DNA of 61,645 bases, filler included, from Choristocarpus tenellus KU-1152 (taxonomy: Eukaryota; Protista; Phaeophyceae): the NCBI GenBank assembly GCA_964200185.2. It is 10 parts of 10 records of this genome, joined end to end, with 100 filler letters (N's around TTAATTAATTAA, not from the genome) between each part and the next. Parts side by side here need not be neighbours in the genome. Positions count along the whole stretch, not along the records: positions 35,419 to 43,050 come from CAXNAD020005841.1; positions 43,151 to 48,826 come from CAXNAD020010045.1; positions 48,927 to 54,009 come from CAXNAD020011933.1; 7 more parts are not named here. The stretch is one strand, 5' to 3'. Below, piece after piece: positions 39,588 to 51,670 of the stretch (position 1 is its first letter; each line of letters opens with the position of its first letter). The notes beneath the pieces are model-generated. The model searched no databases and was not told the DNA's origin. It saw only the letters and a list, made by a program, of their open reading frames with translations. Made by a program: the position numbers and the translations under genes.

Positions 39588-39769
39588 CAATCTTGATCGG
39601 TATGACGGTATATGAGACACGGCAATAACGTTAATTTACAAGGCGTATCCTAGATATTAATGTGTCAAACGTTCCTTTATACATGGTCATGGGTGCACAA
39701 AGTGTACACAGCGAACATTCAGAGCACGTTTCTGGTTTCTGGGGTGTGGGTGGCATTACCTCACTCCTG

Positions 39770-40120
39770 CTGCGTGGCCTTGGACCAACAAGTGACCATA
39801 GTCTGAAATGTAGCTATGTTGATTGGCAAGGGAACATGGCACACATGGCCCACTATCTTAGTCCAGTGTAGAAGACTGCATCCTAGTTGTAGATAATGAT
39901 GGAAAAACACTCTTGGTGGTACACAGATAAAGTTCAGTATCATTACCCAGTGACGACTGTTACTCCGTCCACTACTATCATAATGTTTCCTAGGTTTGTG
40001 ACTGTCCACATCTACTGTAAATTGACCTGCACCGTGTATGGTCATAACTCACAACTTCACTCTAGACTTTGCCACAATGAATTCCATAAGTTCTTCAGTG
40101 TACTGGGTCACCTCTTTGCA
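39770..40120 (-). mobile_element. Possible decayed LINE APE-endonuclease fragment
   Basis: Ordered weak motifs GQFTVDV (GDFNAxVG-like), MILNF..LCTTKSVF, STLD, SDYGHL. Confidence 0.3.
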
Positions 40121-40539
40121 CTACAAGACTTCAAGTCTCTACATAGACCACTTTACAAGATAAATATTCATCCGATTCAAGATTTTAACAGGTTATGAGC
40201 CTTGTACGCCTAATCAACCTGCATGTCCTCTTCCTCTACTACCCAACCTATGCCCGTTCGCACTCGTTGAGACAATTCTTCTTTCAACACCACCATGGAA
40301 CACACACCAAGGTTCCTCCTTTCCGGGTGACGAATTTGCCTTGGATACACACAAGTTGAACTTCGTTGGCATCCTGAGCTGCATGAATCCTTGGGCTCAT
40401 TGTGTCTTGCTCCATTCCAGCTCTGGTCCTCTCCTCATCACCCATCCTATACATGCCACCGGTGCACTGTGTATGTCCATGTTTGATGCTCCTCCCGAAA
40501 TTCCTGTCCTCTTTCAGTCCTGACCAGTGCACTATGCTT

Positions 40540-43050
40540 AGGACAACGAACCAACTCTTCGGCATCCTGTTGCCACGTGTCGGGGCGCTGTGAAAGACCT
40601 TTTTCAAGGCCTACAGCAACACAACTAATCCATACCCAATGGTGGACTTGCGGTCTGGCAAGCACTCAAGAATAAGTATGAGGCAATCGCGGAACGACAG
40701 ATGAAGAAGGTCAATTGTCGTTTTGAGCACTGCACCATGGAGCCTCGGGAGTTCCTCGGTTAGCGGTTCTTGCTTTAAATCTTTGGGACCAAAGATGAAG
40801 TATAAAAGTTCAATGAAACTATCAGTGACTTCCATCTACGCAGTGCTCTCATCATTGGCCTATCTCCTGAGACCCAAAGCAATTAAGAGGGTAGGGCTCC
40901 ATCCGTTCGAGGTCATAAATCCGATGTTGTGATTTTAATTAATTTGCCTATCATGTTTGTTAGCAAGTGTCAATATTCTTGCTACGGACACACCTTTCAT
41001 AGTCGTACACATTTTAGGTATCTGCGTTTACACAGAAAACTGAAAAAAGGGGGTAAGAATCCGTAGGAAGTCAAGCCCCGAACAGACATACAGGGGAAAA
41101 CTCCTGCCCTCTTAAATTCCTTGACTCCTGATGACAATGCCCTTCGGAGTCCGGTTCAACTCAAACTTCAGAGCAGGTCCAGTTATCTCTGCCATACGTG
41201 CCACATACAATAATTACCCGGATTTCCATGGTACGGCTCTTGCCAGGTCCCCCACCGTGGCCCTACCTGCTATGGCTCGGCCATGCCATCTCTGCCAACT
41301 TGGACATCATCTTCAGCATTGCCTTACATGCCACTCACCCCCACCCTCCCTGTCTGCAACCACTACTCTTCAACAAGGCCCCTGGTTCTCCTTCCACCTG
41401 GGCACCACCCACTTTGATCAAGAACGCTGTGCCCAACGCCGTTAGTCTCCTCCCCATCCAACCCCTCCTCCTACTGGGCAACCTGGTCCTGTCTCAGCCC
41501 ATTCTTCCATTCCCACCCTCTCCTCACCAACCCTGCCTTACGGGTGGGTCCATGATTCTCACGGATAGTGCTCACTTCCCTTCACCGCAAATAACACGAC
41601 ACCTTCCACGCCCATACTCATGGCACCACGGCGCCCTTCATTGTCGACTCAGGATGCACTGCCCACATGGTCGACCCAACCATCTTACCCACAACGACTG
41701 ATTACCTACCCGACATCACCCCCCTATCCCCACCCATCACAATGTCTGGCATCAGAAACCATCAGCTCAGAGCACAACACCACCCCACGTTCACTAGACA
41801 CAACATCATGGCACTCCCCCTGCCCGTTGTCATTCACTGGTCCCTTGTCTTGGTTATCATCTCTACTCTGCATCTGCAGCAACCACTGTGGGCTGGACCA
41901 CCGTTCTATACCATGACACTCACCAGGTCAACGGCACCTCCTGCAGCTCCCTCTGGTCGACTGCTTCCCTCCACTTTCTGGACTTCTTGCCATGCCCCCC
42001 TGTCTCCCCTGCTCCTCTCCCCCACCCTGGCCCCCACTCCCAAGCCTTATCATCTATCATCCTTTGGCATCGTCACCTTGCCCACCTCAACGAATGGGAT
42101 ATGGCTTGCCTGAGAGTCATCGACCCCACCGTCCTTGACTACTCTACCACAGTCTGCCTACCTCCCTACCCATCCCGCTCTCTGAACAAGTCCACCCATC
42201 ACCCCATCCCAAGACTTCCACCACCCGCAGGTCCCCCCTTGTGGTTGTCCACACAGACATTGCTGGCGAAGTCTCTCCTCTCTCCTTCTCTGGAGATAGT
42301 ACGTCATCTCCTACATTGACCCCTCCACACAGAAGGCTGGTGTTCTCCACACTCTTTACCACGATCATACGGAAGTTGTCATCCCCTCAGAGCTCCCTCT
42401 CCGGACCCTTCCCTCAGACAACAGTGGTGAATATACAAGAACTTTGGCACCTACTGCATCCAACAAGGTATTCTTCAAGAATGCATTAGTCCCTGGACTC
42501 CTGGGGACAATGGCCTAGCTAAGCGCCAATGGCGCACCCTCTTAAACAAGGTCGGATGTCTCCTTAATACTACTGACCTCCCCAAACAACTATGGACTGA
42601 CGCTATTGCCACTGCGACCCTCGTCAACAATTTTTCCCCCACTTCCACCCTCCACTTCAACGCCTCCTACCATCCCTGGCACTCCCACCCCCTCGATCTG
42701 TCCCCCCTTAGCATCTTTGGTGCCTGGGCCTATGTTCTCCACGACCGTTCACGGAGAGGCAAACTGGCACCCACAACTTAGGAAGGACGTCTAGCAACAA
42801 CTTACGTATTTGGAAACCATACACCAATCATGCCCTCAACACCTATCATGCTACCTATATTGAGGACCCTCAGCTGCCGCTTCCTCCTCTCTCGCCGCAC
42901 CCTCCTCCACCAACCTTGTCACCGCCAACCAGCCCTGTCCCCCCACCCTCCCAACTACAGACCTCCCAACCCCCAGTCCATCACCCGCCCCCCCTATCCC
43001 CATGGCTCTGCTTCCTCCACCGTTCTCCACCCCTCTGAGACCCCTCCCAC
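40540..43050 (+). mobile_element. Ty1/copia LTR retrotransposon relic (gag-protease-integrase), frameshifted
   Basis: GLAVWQALKNKYE; zinc knuckle CHLCQLGHHLQHC; protease FIVDSGCTAHM (~41637); LWHRHLAHLN; VVHTDIAG; DNSGEY; NGLAKRQWRTL..LPKQLWTDAIATA; IFGAWAYV. Protease-before-integrase order is copia-type. Confidence 0.88.
40871..41127 (-). mobile_element. MITE family B (diverged sister of A) inserted in copia gag
   Basis: GACCCAAAGCAATTAAGAGGGTAG ... CCCTCTTAAATTCCTTGACTC; perfect 4-bp TSD CTGA. Confidence 0.85.
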
Positions 43051-43193
43051 NNNNNNNNNNNNNNNNNNNNNNNNNNNNNNNNNNNNNNNNNNNNTTAATT
43101 AATTAANNNNNNNNNNNNNNNNNNNNNNNNNNNNNNNNNNNNNNNNNNNNTATTGGGATGGATAAATGGCAAGGGTGGTTTTGAGGGCATTGG

Positions 43194-43374
43194 GGCTCAC
43201 AGGGTATCTGCAGGGGGGGGGGGTCTACACCAGGGTGTCCATTCCGGCCCTGCCCAGGAGAAGAGCACTTACATTACTCATCCAACGCATGCAACAAAAT
43301 CATCCAAAAATCATGACATGGAAACATGGGCCCCAAATGGACAGCCGTCACCCCCCCCCCAGATACCTTGAGCC
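43194..43374 (+). mobile_element. MITE family C
   Basis: Colinear with 28813 and 44667; ends AGATACCTTGAGCC. Confidence 0.82.
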
Positions 43375-44666
43375 TGACTTCTCTATTTTTGATAAATTTC
43401 GACAGAATTCAGAAAATTCCCTACACAAATTCGGACAAAAAGCCGAATTTTGCACATATTTGTCAGCATCCTTAACATGTAACCTTAGGTACCTCAGGCA
43501 TACTCTGCCTCAACACACAGAATGAACACACGTGCTCTGTTTGTTCTGCACCCTTAGTGTTTTGAAATGGCCACAACTGTTTGTACATGATCGTGCCATA
43601 CCTTCATCATTGTACTCCCTATGGTCAGTTGCTCTTGTTTTCGTTACGGCTGACATGGATAGATCAAGACCATCTACGCTTTTCAGTATTCTCACCTATC
43701 ATTCTTTTTATCCGTTGTGCAATTTGTTGCTCCACCTTCTCGACCTCACCCTTGTGTTTCAGCTTCATTGCGTAATCATTCTTGCACATGTTGTCCAACA
43801 CAGATCCAGTGCCACTACATACAATGCCTGTATGTTTGAGGGGGGGTAGCGCAATCGAATAGATTATTTGGTGGCACCCCAGGAGCCCCTTCCGTCCCCC
43901 CACAAATGATCCATCATGTGGCTGTGCAGCTGCCAATCACCGCTGTATTAATTTCGAAGTATTGAGACCTGAACGTAGGTATTCCACAACCACTAGCACA
44001 AATGTGATGAACCAATCAAAGTATGAATCATGAGAAACAAAAAATAATAGTTCTAACCTTTGCAGATTTAACGATAATCGGTCAAGTAACGACATCTAAT
44101 TTCGGGTTAGGGTTCAGGCTAGAGTTAGGGCTAGGATTATAGTGATGCTTTTATGTTGAACTTTATCTTTAAATCATCCAAAAGATCAGAGTTTGTGTGT
44201 CCTTTCCACAGGGAGTGCCTTGCGAACTTTGCAGGTTTTGGCGTAGATTCGGCTTTTTACTGACTTTTATAAATAATCGGATTGAAAATGTCTGTTTCTC
44301 TTCTGACACTAACCCCAAGCCTAACAATAATAACAAATAGTCATAACAACCCGGGCAAGGTTGCCCAAGAATAACTTTGGAGCTGTGGGTGGATGACAAT
44401 GAAGTAAAGAGACTTGCACGATGGAAGGGCACGGTGGAAGTATTTTTTGCTGCAATGATAGATGAACAACGAACCAGTGCCATAGTCCCCCTATTTGCCA
44501 TGAGTGGAGGACGTTTTGGTATCATCAGTGTTCTTTATTGATTCTTTTGTTTTATTTTTCCGGCTAGCATCTTGCAGATGTTCTCAAGGACGGAATAAGA
44601 AGAAATATGTGAGGCGAAGAGAATACAATAAGACAACAACAGAGTCTGTCTTGCTCACAGTAGAGT

Positions 44667-44849
44667 GACCCAAAGTATCTGGGGGGGGGGGAGGGGGGGT
44701 CTACACCAGAGTATCCATTTGGACCAAAACCAGGAAAAGTGCACTTTCCTTATCCATCCAACGTAAAGAACCAAATCACCCAAAAATTGAGATATGAAAA
44801 ATTTGACCCCAAATGGACAGCCGCCACCCCCTCCCAGATACTTTGAGCC
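44667..44849 (+). mobile_element. MITE family C
   Basis: GACCCAAAGTATCTG(n) ... CCCAGATACTTTGAGCC; flanks GAGT / AAGT. Confidence 0.88.
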
Positions 44850-45284
44850 AAGTTGCGGTTATTGGAGAACAAAACAAGAGTCATGCTAAGACACATACAG
44901 CTACTCCTAAACTGGCACTATCAATCTGTGCATATGCTGCATATATCATATGCATATCGTGTGCTTTTCGTATCTACAGTTCATGGCTGTATATAACCGT
45001 TTACTACTTCATAGAGGGGGTCACAGGCCACCAGAAAATAACAACAGCTGCTAACAGAGACACGGATACAGGAGGGCTAGCATACGGCTTGGGTCTTCAC
45101 CAGGAAGAACTTTTGTCTTGTCAACTCCTAACATGCACCATCGCCTCATGGAATTTAGATACTGCATGCCATTGTCATATTTTAATAGCGGATGTAGGGA
45201 AGATGAACCCGCCCACTTTGTTGTAATACCTTGGGCACCCCTCACTCACCGAGGACTGGGGACGCGGAAGCTGCACACTACACA

Positions 45285-45285
<1 letters not shown>

Positions 45286-45323
<38 letters not shown>
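45286..45323. repeat. (CA)n microsatellite
   Basis: Directly visible. Confidence 0.95.
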
Positions 45324-45325
<2 letters not shown>

Positions 45326-45904
45326 TTTCAGCAACATCTTTACCTCTTTCCCTTTGAATCCTAGTCTAGTAGGACATCCCAACTGGTGATCTATGCAGTG
45401 GTGGGTCGTGATATGGTGATCTTCCTTGAACAAGGGACCATTAACTATTGATCGCTCAATATCTTCTCCCTTCAAGGCAGGTTCTACCTCTTCGTCTAGT
45501 GAACCTTCACCTCCTTTGCCACCATCGTGCACATGGGAAGGACATATCTGAGCTACCTCAATTGAGAAGTAAGCAGATTTAAAGTCTATTGCATCGTTAG
45601 CCATCTTTCTTCCCCTGTTCATTACGCTCTGTTTCATTGCCTTACGGACACAATAGTGTACACAAAATTAATAATCCCCCTTTCCACACACAAAGTGACA
45701 CCATAATTCAGTAAATACTTCTTTTGCAATTGAACAAAATGGTATATTTTCGCCCTTTCTCGGGATCCTTAAAATGCAACGCTGCCTACCTCTCATTTGG
45801 TTTGACTCATCTGGCAGATGTGTTGACGTCATACTCGTGTAGGAACCCGCCCTAACCGTTTTAGTCAGAGTACCTGGGTACGGCTATTGGTTACATATTA
45901 ATTC

Positions 45905-46372
45905 ATACTTTTCCCTCTGACATTTTTCAGATGTGTCAGGGGAAAAACCAACGAAAAGTCAATCAAATATCAGAACCCCTGAAAAAGTAACAGTTGTCGT
46001 AAATGTGGAAGACATTCTATAATCTATTTTCTATTTGATAGCCAGCCATGCTACACCACCCCCCCCTATGCCTACAAACCAGCTTAGCCCTACACCCCCA
46101 GGCGAGGAGGTAGGGAAGCATTCCAAGAATCTGACAGGCTCCTCATGGCCCATCTCCCTAGTGTCTCCAGCTCGAACCGAAAGACAAGTCTTGATAGAGC
46201 CACTTGTGTTGTGACGGACACTATTTGTCGTAAACGGGATTTGACAGTCCCTTTCCTGCCGTAGTCTCCCGGCCCTCTCCCCCCTACCACATGTGTAGCC
46301 AACTCATCCAGAAAACTTTCTACTTGCTTACCGAGGCACCCAAAACTTTCCACCGTTAAGGTGTTGAGGTTG
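45905..46372 (-). mobile_element. 3' end of an RLE-type (CRE-like) non-LTR retrotransposon, ~465 bp
   Basis: VESFGCLGKQVESFLDELA..RLRQIVSVTTQVALSR resembles the RLE C-terminus; reverse complement of 47431-47900. Confidence 0.7.
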
Positions 46373-47199
46373 TTACTATAGTGCAAAGATATTTGTGGCA
46401 CTTGTGGGATTGTTGTTAGCCGTATGTGTCCTTCTCTCCTTCAAATATTCGGGCTAAGAAAAAACGCCCCAATAATTGCTCTACAACAATGTGGAAATGA
46501 GGTTTTCTGTTACAGGCGAATAGCGCGAGCGTTTCTTCTTTTGTTCCAATGAAGTGCGAGCATTTGTTACACGCGAATACGCGAGCATTTTATCCTCGTG
46601 TTTTAGGAAATACGAAGATTTGTGACAGATGTATAGTGTGAAGATTGTTTCTCGAGTTCTGACAAGTACAAACTATATACGACGTTAGTAACACAGAGTT
46701 AGCCTTACAGGATAAATAATTATTTTGAGAAGATAGATGCAGAGTAAGATTCGGAATACCTACGTAACATTACAGAGGAAAGTGTCAAAGTCACTAAGAA
46801 GTTCAAGAATAAAGGCTTATGATTGGAGTACCTATCGAAATTGGGTGGATGATGAAACTAATAAGAGAGCTTTTTAGTGGTAACACACTTTCTACCTCTT
46901 TTATGCCAGTCCCTTTTTATCTCTGAACTAATATCGCGTCAAGCTGTGAGCTAAGCGCTGAGTGAAGTATCAAGAGAAAGGGCTACCTGACACCCTACAA
47001 ACCGTTGTAAAAGGCCACGCCCCCATAGCGTCGTTTTTTAGGTTGTTGGATTTGAGTTGTACATCCTGTGGAGGTGAGATCCGAGGGGCGCCTGTAACAT
47101 TTCTGTTATTAAACTGTTATTGCCGTATGTTATATGCCGTTGTATTGATCGAGGTTTCCTTGTCAGGAGTCCCCGATTCCAGTGGAGGGTCTTAGGAAT

Positions 47200-48492
47200 A
47201 TCAAATCCCGTTCACGATAGATAGTATCTGTCACACCAGAAGTGGCTCTATCAAGACGTATCATGCGTTCTAAGCTGGAGACACCAAGGAGATAAGCAAG
47301 GAGGGACCTGTCAGATTCTTGGGATGCTTCCCGTGCTCCTCACTCTGTGGTGTAGGGCTAAGCTAGGTTGGAGGCATAGGAGGGGAGTGGTGTAGCATAG
47401 TTGGTAATCAAATAGTAAATATTGTAGTTGTAACCTCAACACCTATGTGATGGAAAGTTTTGGGCGCCTCAGTAAGCAAGTAGAAAGTTATCTGGATGAG
47501 TTAGCTACGCATGTGGTAGGGGGGAAAGGGCCGGGAGACTACGGCAGGAAAGAGTATGTCCAATCCGGTTTACGACAAATAGTGTCCGTCACAACACAAG
47601 TGGCTCTATCAAGACGTGTCGTGCGTTCTAAGCTGGAGTCACCAGGGAGATGGACCAGGAGGAGCCTGTCAGATTCTTGGAATGCTTCCCTACCTCCTCG
47701 CCCTGTGGTGTAGGGCTAAGCTGGTTTGTAGGCATAGGAAGGGAGTGGTGTAACATAGATGGTTATCAAATAGAAAATAGATTATAGAATGTCTTTCACA
47801 TTTACGACAACTGTTACTTTTTCAGGGGTTCTGATAATTAATTGACTTTTCGTTGGTTTTTCCCCTGACACATCTGCAAAATGTCAGAGGGCATAATAAT
47901 ATACCTCAACACCATCGTGGTGGAAAGTTTTGGGTGCCTTGGTAAGCAAGCGGAAAGTTTCCTGGATGACCTACTACACGCACGGTAGGGGGGAGAGGAA
48001 CTGGAGGCCACAGCAGGAAAGGGACGGTCAATCCCGCCCACGACAAATAGGCTCGTAACAATGCAGGTGGCCCTGTCTAGACGTGTCATGCGTTTTGAGC
48101 TGGAGACACCAGGAGATGGGCAAGGAGGGGCTTGTTAGATTCTTGGGATGCTTCCCTAGCTCCTCACCCTGGGGTGCAGGAATAGCTAGGTTGGAGGTGC
48201 AGGAAGGCATTGGTACATTATAGTTGGTAGTTAATTGCAAACAAGTTAATGTTCTCGACATTTATGACAATTGTTTCTTTTTTAGGTATTTTTCTGACAT
48301 GTGAATAGTTTTCATTGTTTTTTCCCCTGGCACATCTACAAAATGTTAGAGTACATAATAATAAAATATATTATAGGGAGATGTCTTTGACGTTTACAAC
48401 AACTGTTACATTTTAGGGGTTCTGATATTTAATTGTTTTTTCATTGACTTTTCCCCTTACACATCCGCAAAATGTCAGAGGGAAATAATATA
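47200..48492 (+). mobile_element. Head-to-tail array of the same RLE 3' end (partial 47200-47420, full 47431-47900, full 47903-48362, tail only 48380-48492)
   Basis: Repeated GTGGAAAGTTTTGGG..., shared 3'UTR ending ATGTCAGAGGG plus AATAAT tails. Confidence 0.75.
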
Positions 48493-48749
48493 TTACTGAG
48501 AGTGTAAAGGGGCTTGGTTCTGGTCTCGGCGTGAGTACCACCCTAAAAGGGGCCTAGTTCTGTGTGATGGGGGGTGATGACAACCACCAGAGATGAGGTT
48601 CAGAAAGGAAGCGAAAGATGAGACGGAGGCATGCTGGGTGTATGTTGACAGCCTCAGAGTGCCATGTGGATCAATCTTTAATGTGATTGTTTGTGACCAG
48701 TCAGAACAAAAAACACAATCTCAGGCTTTGCTGGTTTCAATCCACCATT

Positions 48750-48826
48750 GACCCAAACTAACTGGGAGGGGGGGTGGGGTCTACACTAGGGTGTCCATTT
48801 GGACCAAAATCAGGAAAAGTCATTTA
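48750..48826 (+). mobile_element. MITE family C, left part at contig end
   Basis: GACCCAAACTAACTGGG..GTCTACACTAGGGTGTCCATTTGGACC. Confidence 0.8.
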
Positions 48827-49024
48827 NNNNNNNNNNNNNNNNNNNNNNNNNNNNNNNNNNNNNNNNNNNNTTAATTAATTAANNNNNNNNNNNNNNNNNN
48901 NNNNNNNNNNNNNNNNNNNNNNNNNNCCTATCATGATACTGTTGCCGTGGGACAAAGTATCTGGGGGGGGGGGGTGTCGGCGTCCGTTTTTCACCCTTTT
49001 TTCTATTTAATTTTTGGTGTGATT

Positions 49025-49700
49025 TGGTCGCACGTGTCGGATTGGAAATGTGGGCAAAAAAAAGAGGGCTGTTGGTTAGGTTTCCTTCTGTCCTTGCGTA
49101 CGCACGAGGAATGGGAATATATGCCACCATTTATTTGGGGTTGGTTAGGAGTTTCGACGTTTGCATGTGTCGGATTTCAAATGTGTTGAAACAGGCTTAT
49201 TGGTTGGTGCATGTTGGTGGTATAGCTAGGATGAAGAATAAGAGACATGCCACTGATTGTTTCAGGGCCATTTATTGGTTTGTTTGGTTACATGAGTGGG
49301 ATTTGCTCAGCACATCAAGAGGGCTGTCGGTTAGGGTGTGTTGTCCCAGTGTTAGCACGAGGAACTGAAAAAAGACTGTGGACTGTTTCGAGGTTAGTTT
49401 TTTCGTTTATTTGCTTGCATGAGTCGTGTCTGGTATGTACACAAAGAGGACTGTCAGTTACGGCCTGTTCTCCCGGTGTGTGCATGAGGAATTTAAAAAA
49501 AAAATCTACTGTTTTAAATTTGGTATTTCGTTTATTTGCTTGCATGTGTCGGATCTAGTATGTACACAAATGGGGTTGTCCGTCAGGGTGTTCGGGTTAA
49601 AGTTGTTGGAATGAAGGAAGGGAAAAGGGATAGGTTTTGCTTTCGGGTTAGTGTAGTGTTTCTTTGATATCATGTGTCGACGAATTCTGGATGTGTTCAC
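49025..49700. repeat. Subterminal degenerate tandem repeats, ~125-130-bp period, ~6 units
   Basis: GCAYGTGTCGGAT-like core at ~49030, 49163, 49290, 49417, 49541 and 49670; units 3-5 align over most of their length. Confidence 0.7.
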
Positions 49701-50552
49701 AAAGGGTTATTGGTCAAGGCCTATTGTTGTACGTTTCACTGGAAGCATCTTAAGATATACTTCCCTTGATTTAGGGTTAGGGTTAGTGGGTTGATTAAAT
49801 CCTGATGAGGTAGGGTTGGTTGGCGTAAGTAGGGTCAATGACGGCACTGGTACGTATTTCAGGTAAGACTCTCGTCGTTTTCGGTTGCCATGGGATGCAG
49901 ATGGGCTCAGTGTAAGTGTTAGTGTAAGGTTGTGGTTAGTGTCAGTGTGCAAAGGTGGCGATCCAGGCCATTCGTCGAGTTCATGGCACATGTTTTGGGT
50001 AGGCTCGGAGTTGGTGTTGTGCTTAGGAGCATCGAACATGGACTTCGGGATATGTTCCTCCAAGATTTGATGGAGGACGAGATCGGCCCTCACTTGTCAA
50101 CGCTTGGACAAAGCGTGAATGAGATAGTGCATAGAGTATTGAGAAGCAGGGGAGAGGTAGGTAGTAGGGGTCAGCGAATTATTAGCAGCTGGTAGGAAGA
50201 CAACATATCCATCGCAGGCCTTGGCGAATTTATTAGAAACTTAGTGGAAAGGATGGAGAAGAGTTGTTTAAGAAATGTTTTATATTTTAGTAGTCTGAAC
50301 CCTGGATTGGACACTCTCTGTTAAACAAATAAGAACACTGGTCTAATCCTCAAGATGAGTATCTCATGTATGATACACTGACACCTCTGAATAATAGCCA
50401 TGTATCCAATACCACTGTGTAAATTTTTAACACATTGGATGCAAAGTGCATGAACATGGTAGTCGGACATCAAGGCAATGTACACTGATGCACAAATCAG
50501 GCAACAAGTAACTCGACCCGTACTTCAACAAAAAACTGAAACGACTGAAGTC

Positions 50553-51670
50553 CTACTTCCATTGGTGGGCGGAATCGAAATGACATTCCTCACCCTTCTC
50601 CCACCACTCTACAAGAATCGGGTATGCCTCGGTTAGAAGGTGCCAGAGATTTAGGCACGTGGAGTATCTGTCGTTCCACGGTACGGGCTTCACGAGGCTC
50701 ATGAAGATGGCCTTCCTTTGAAGGAGTGCTTCCACATGATCCGGACGCAACGTACTGCTGGGCTTCCCTCCACAACCGCTGAGTATCAGCTGTGTGCGCT
50801 CATGGACGTAGCAGTCATCCTCGAATACAACCTGGACCTAGATGAGGATGGCGACGCCAGGGATGTGGACGTTCGCAATGTGTAGTGCGTGAGCAATTCA
50901 CCGCACATCAGAGGGTACCTTTGCCCTGCGAATGTCGGCCTTGAACTTATTGATGGTTTTCCATCTCGAGCACAAAGAGAAAGGCTGTCCACTCAGGATC
51001 CCCGCAAGATTATCGGTGGCGACCACAGCTTTGAATACATGGACGAATCTATCCTTGTGAAGGAGGTTAGCATTCTATCTATGGGATATAAAACCTGAAG
51101 AAGAAAACACACAGAGTTGATCACGTCAAATATCAGTACGACGCATACGATCAACCTGGCCACATCTGCTTTCTTGTCCCAGATATACAATGCCAATCTC
51201 TTTGACAAGGGTAGAGTAGAATCCATGAAGCTTTGGTCGGACTCACAGGTTGCTGCCAATAAGCTTGCAGGGATCCTGAGTGGACAGCCTTTCTCCATGT
51301 GCTGGAGATGGAAAATCATCAGCAACTTCAACGCCGACATGCGCAGGGCAAAGGTACCCCGTGATGTCCCCAACGGCGAATTGCTTGCGTACTACGTTGC
51401 GAACGTCCGGATCCCTGGCGTCGTCATCCTCATCTAGGTCCAGGTTGTATTCGGGGATGACTGCTACGTCCATGAGCGCACACAGCTAAACCTCAGCGGA
51501 AAAACCTGACGAGGAAAAGACAAAAGAGTTGATCACGTCAAAACTCAGTGCAATGCGTACGATCAACCTGGTCATATCTGCTCTCTTGTCCCAGAGATAC
51601 AATGCCAATCTCCTTCACAAGGATAGAGTAGAGTCCATGTTTTCAAAGCTGTGGTCGGACCCACAGTGTC
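50553..51670 (-). pseudogene. Tandem exon-repeat gene of unknown function, one exon inverted in place
   Basis: Repeated unit LCALMDVAVI.EYNLDLDED..YLCPA.VG.E..D.FPS..ERLSTQDP..LVKE, separated by ~54-nt GTAYG..CAG introns. Confidence 0.6.
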
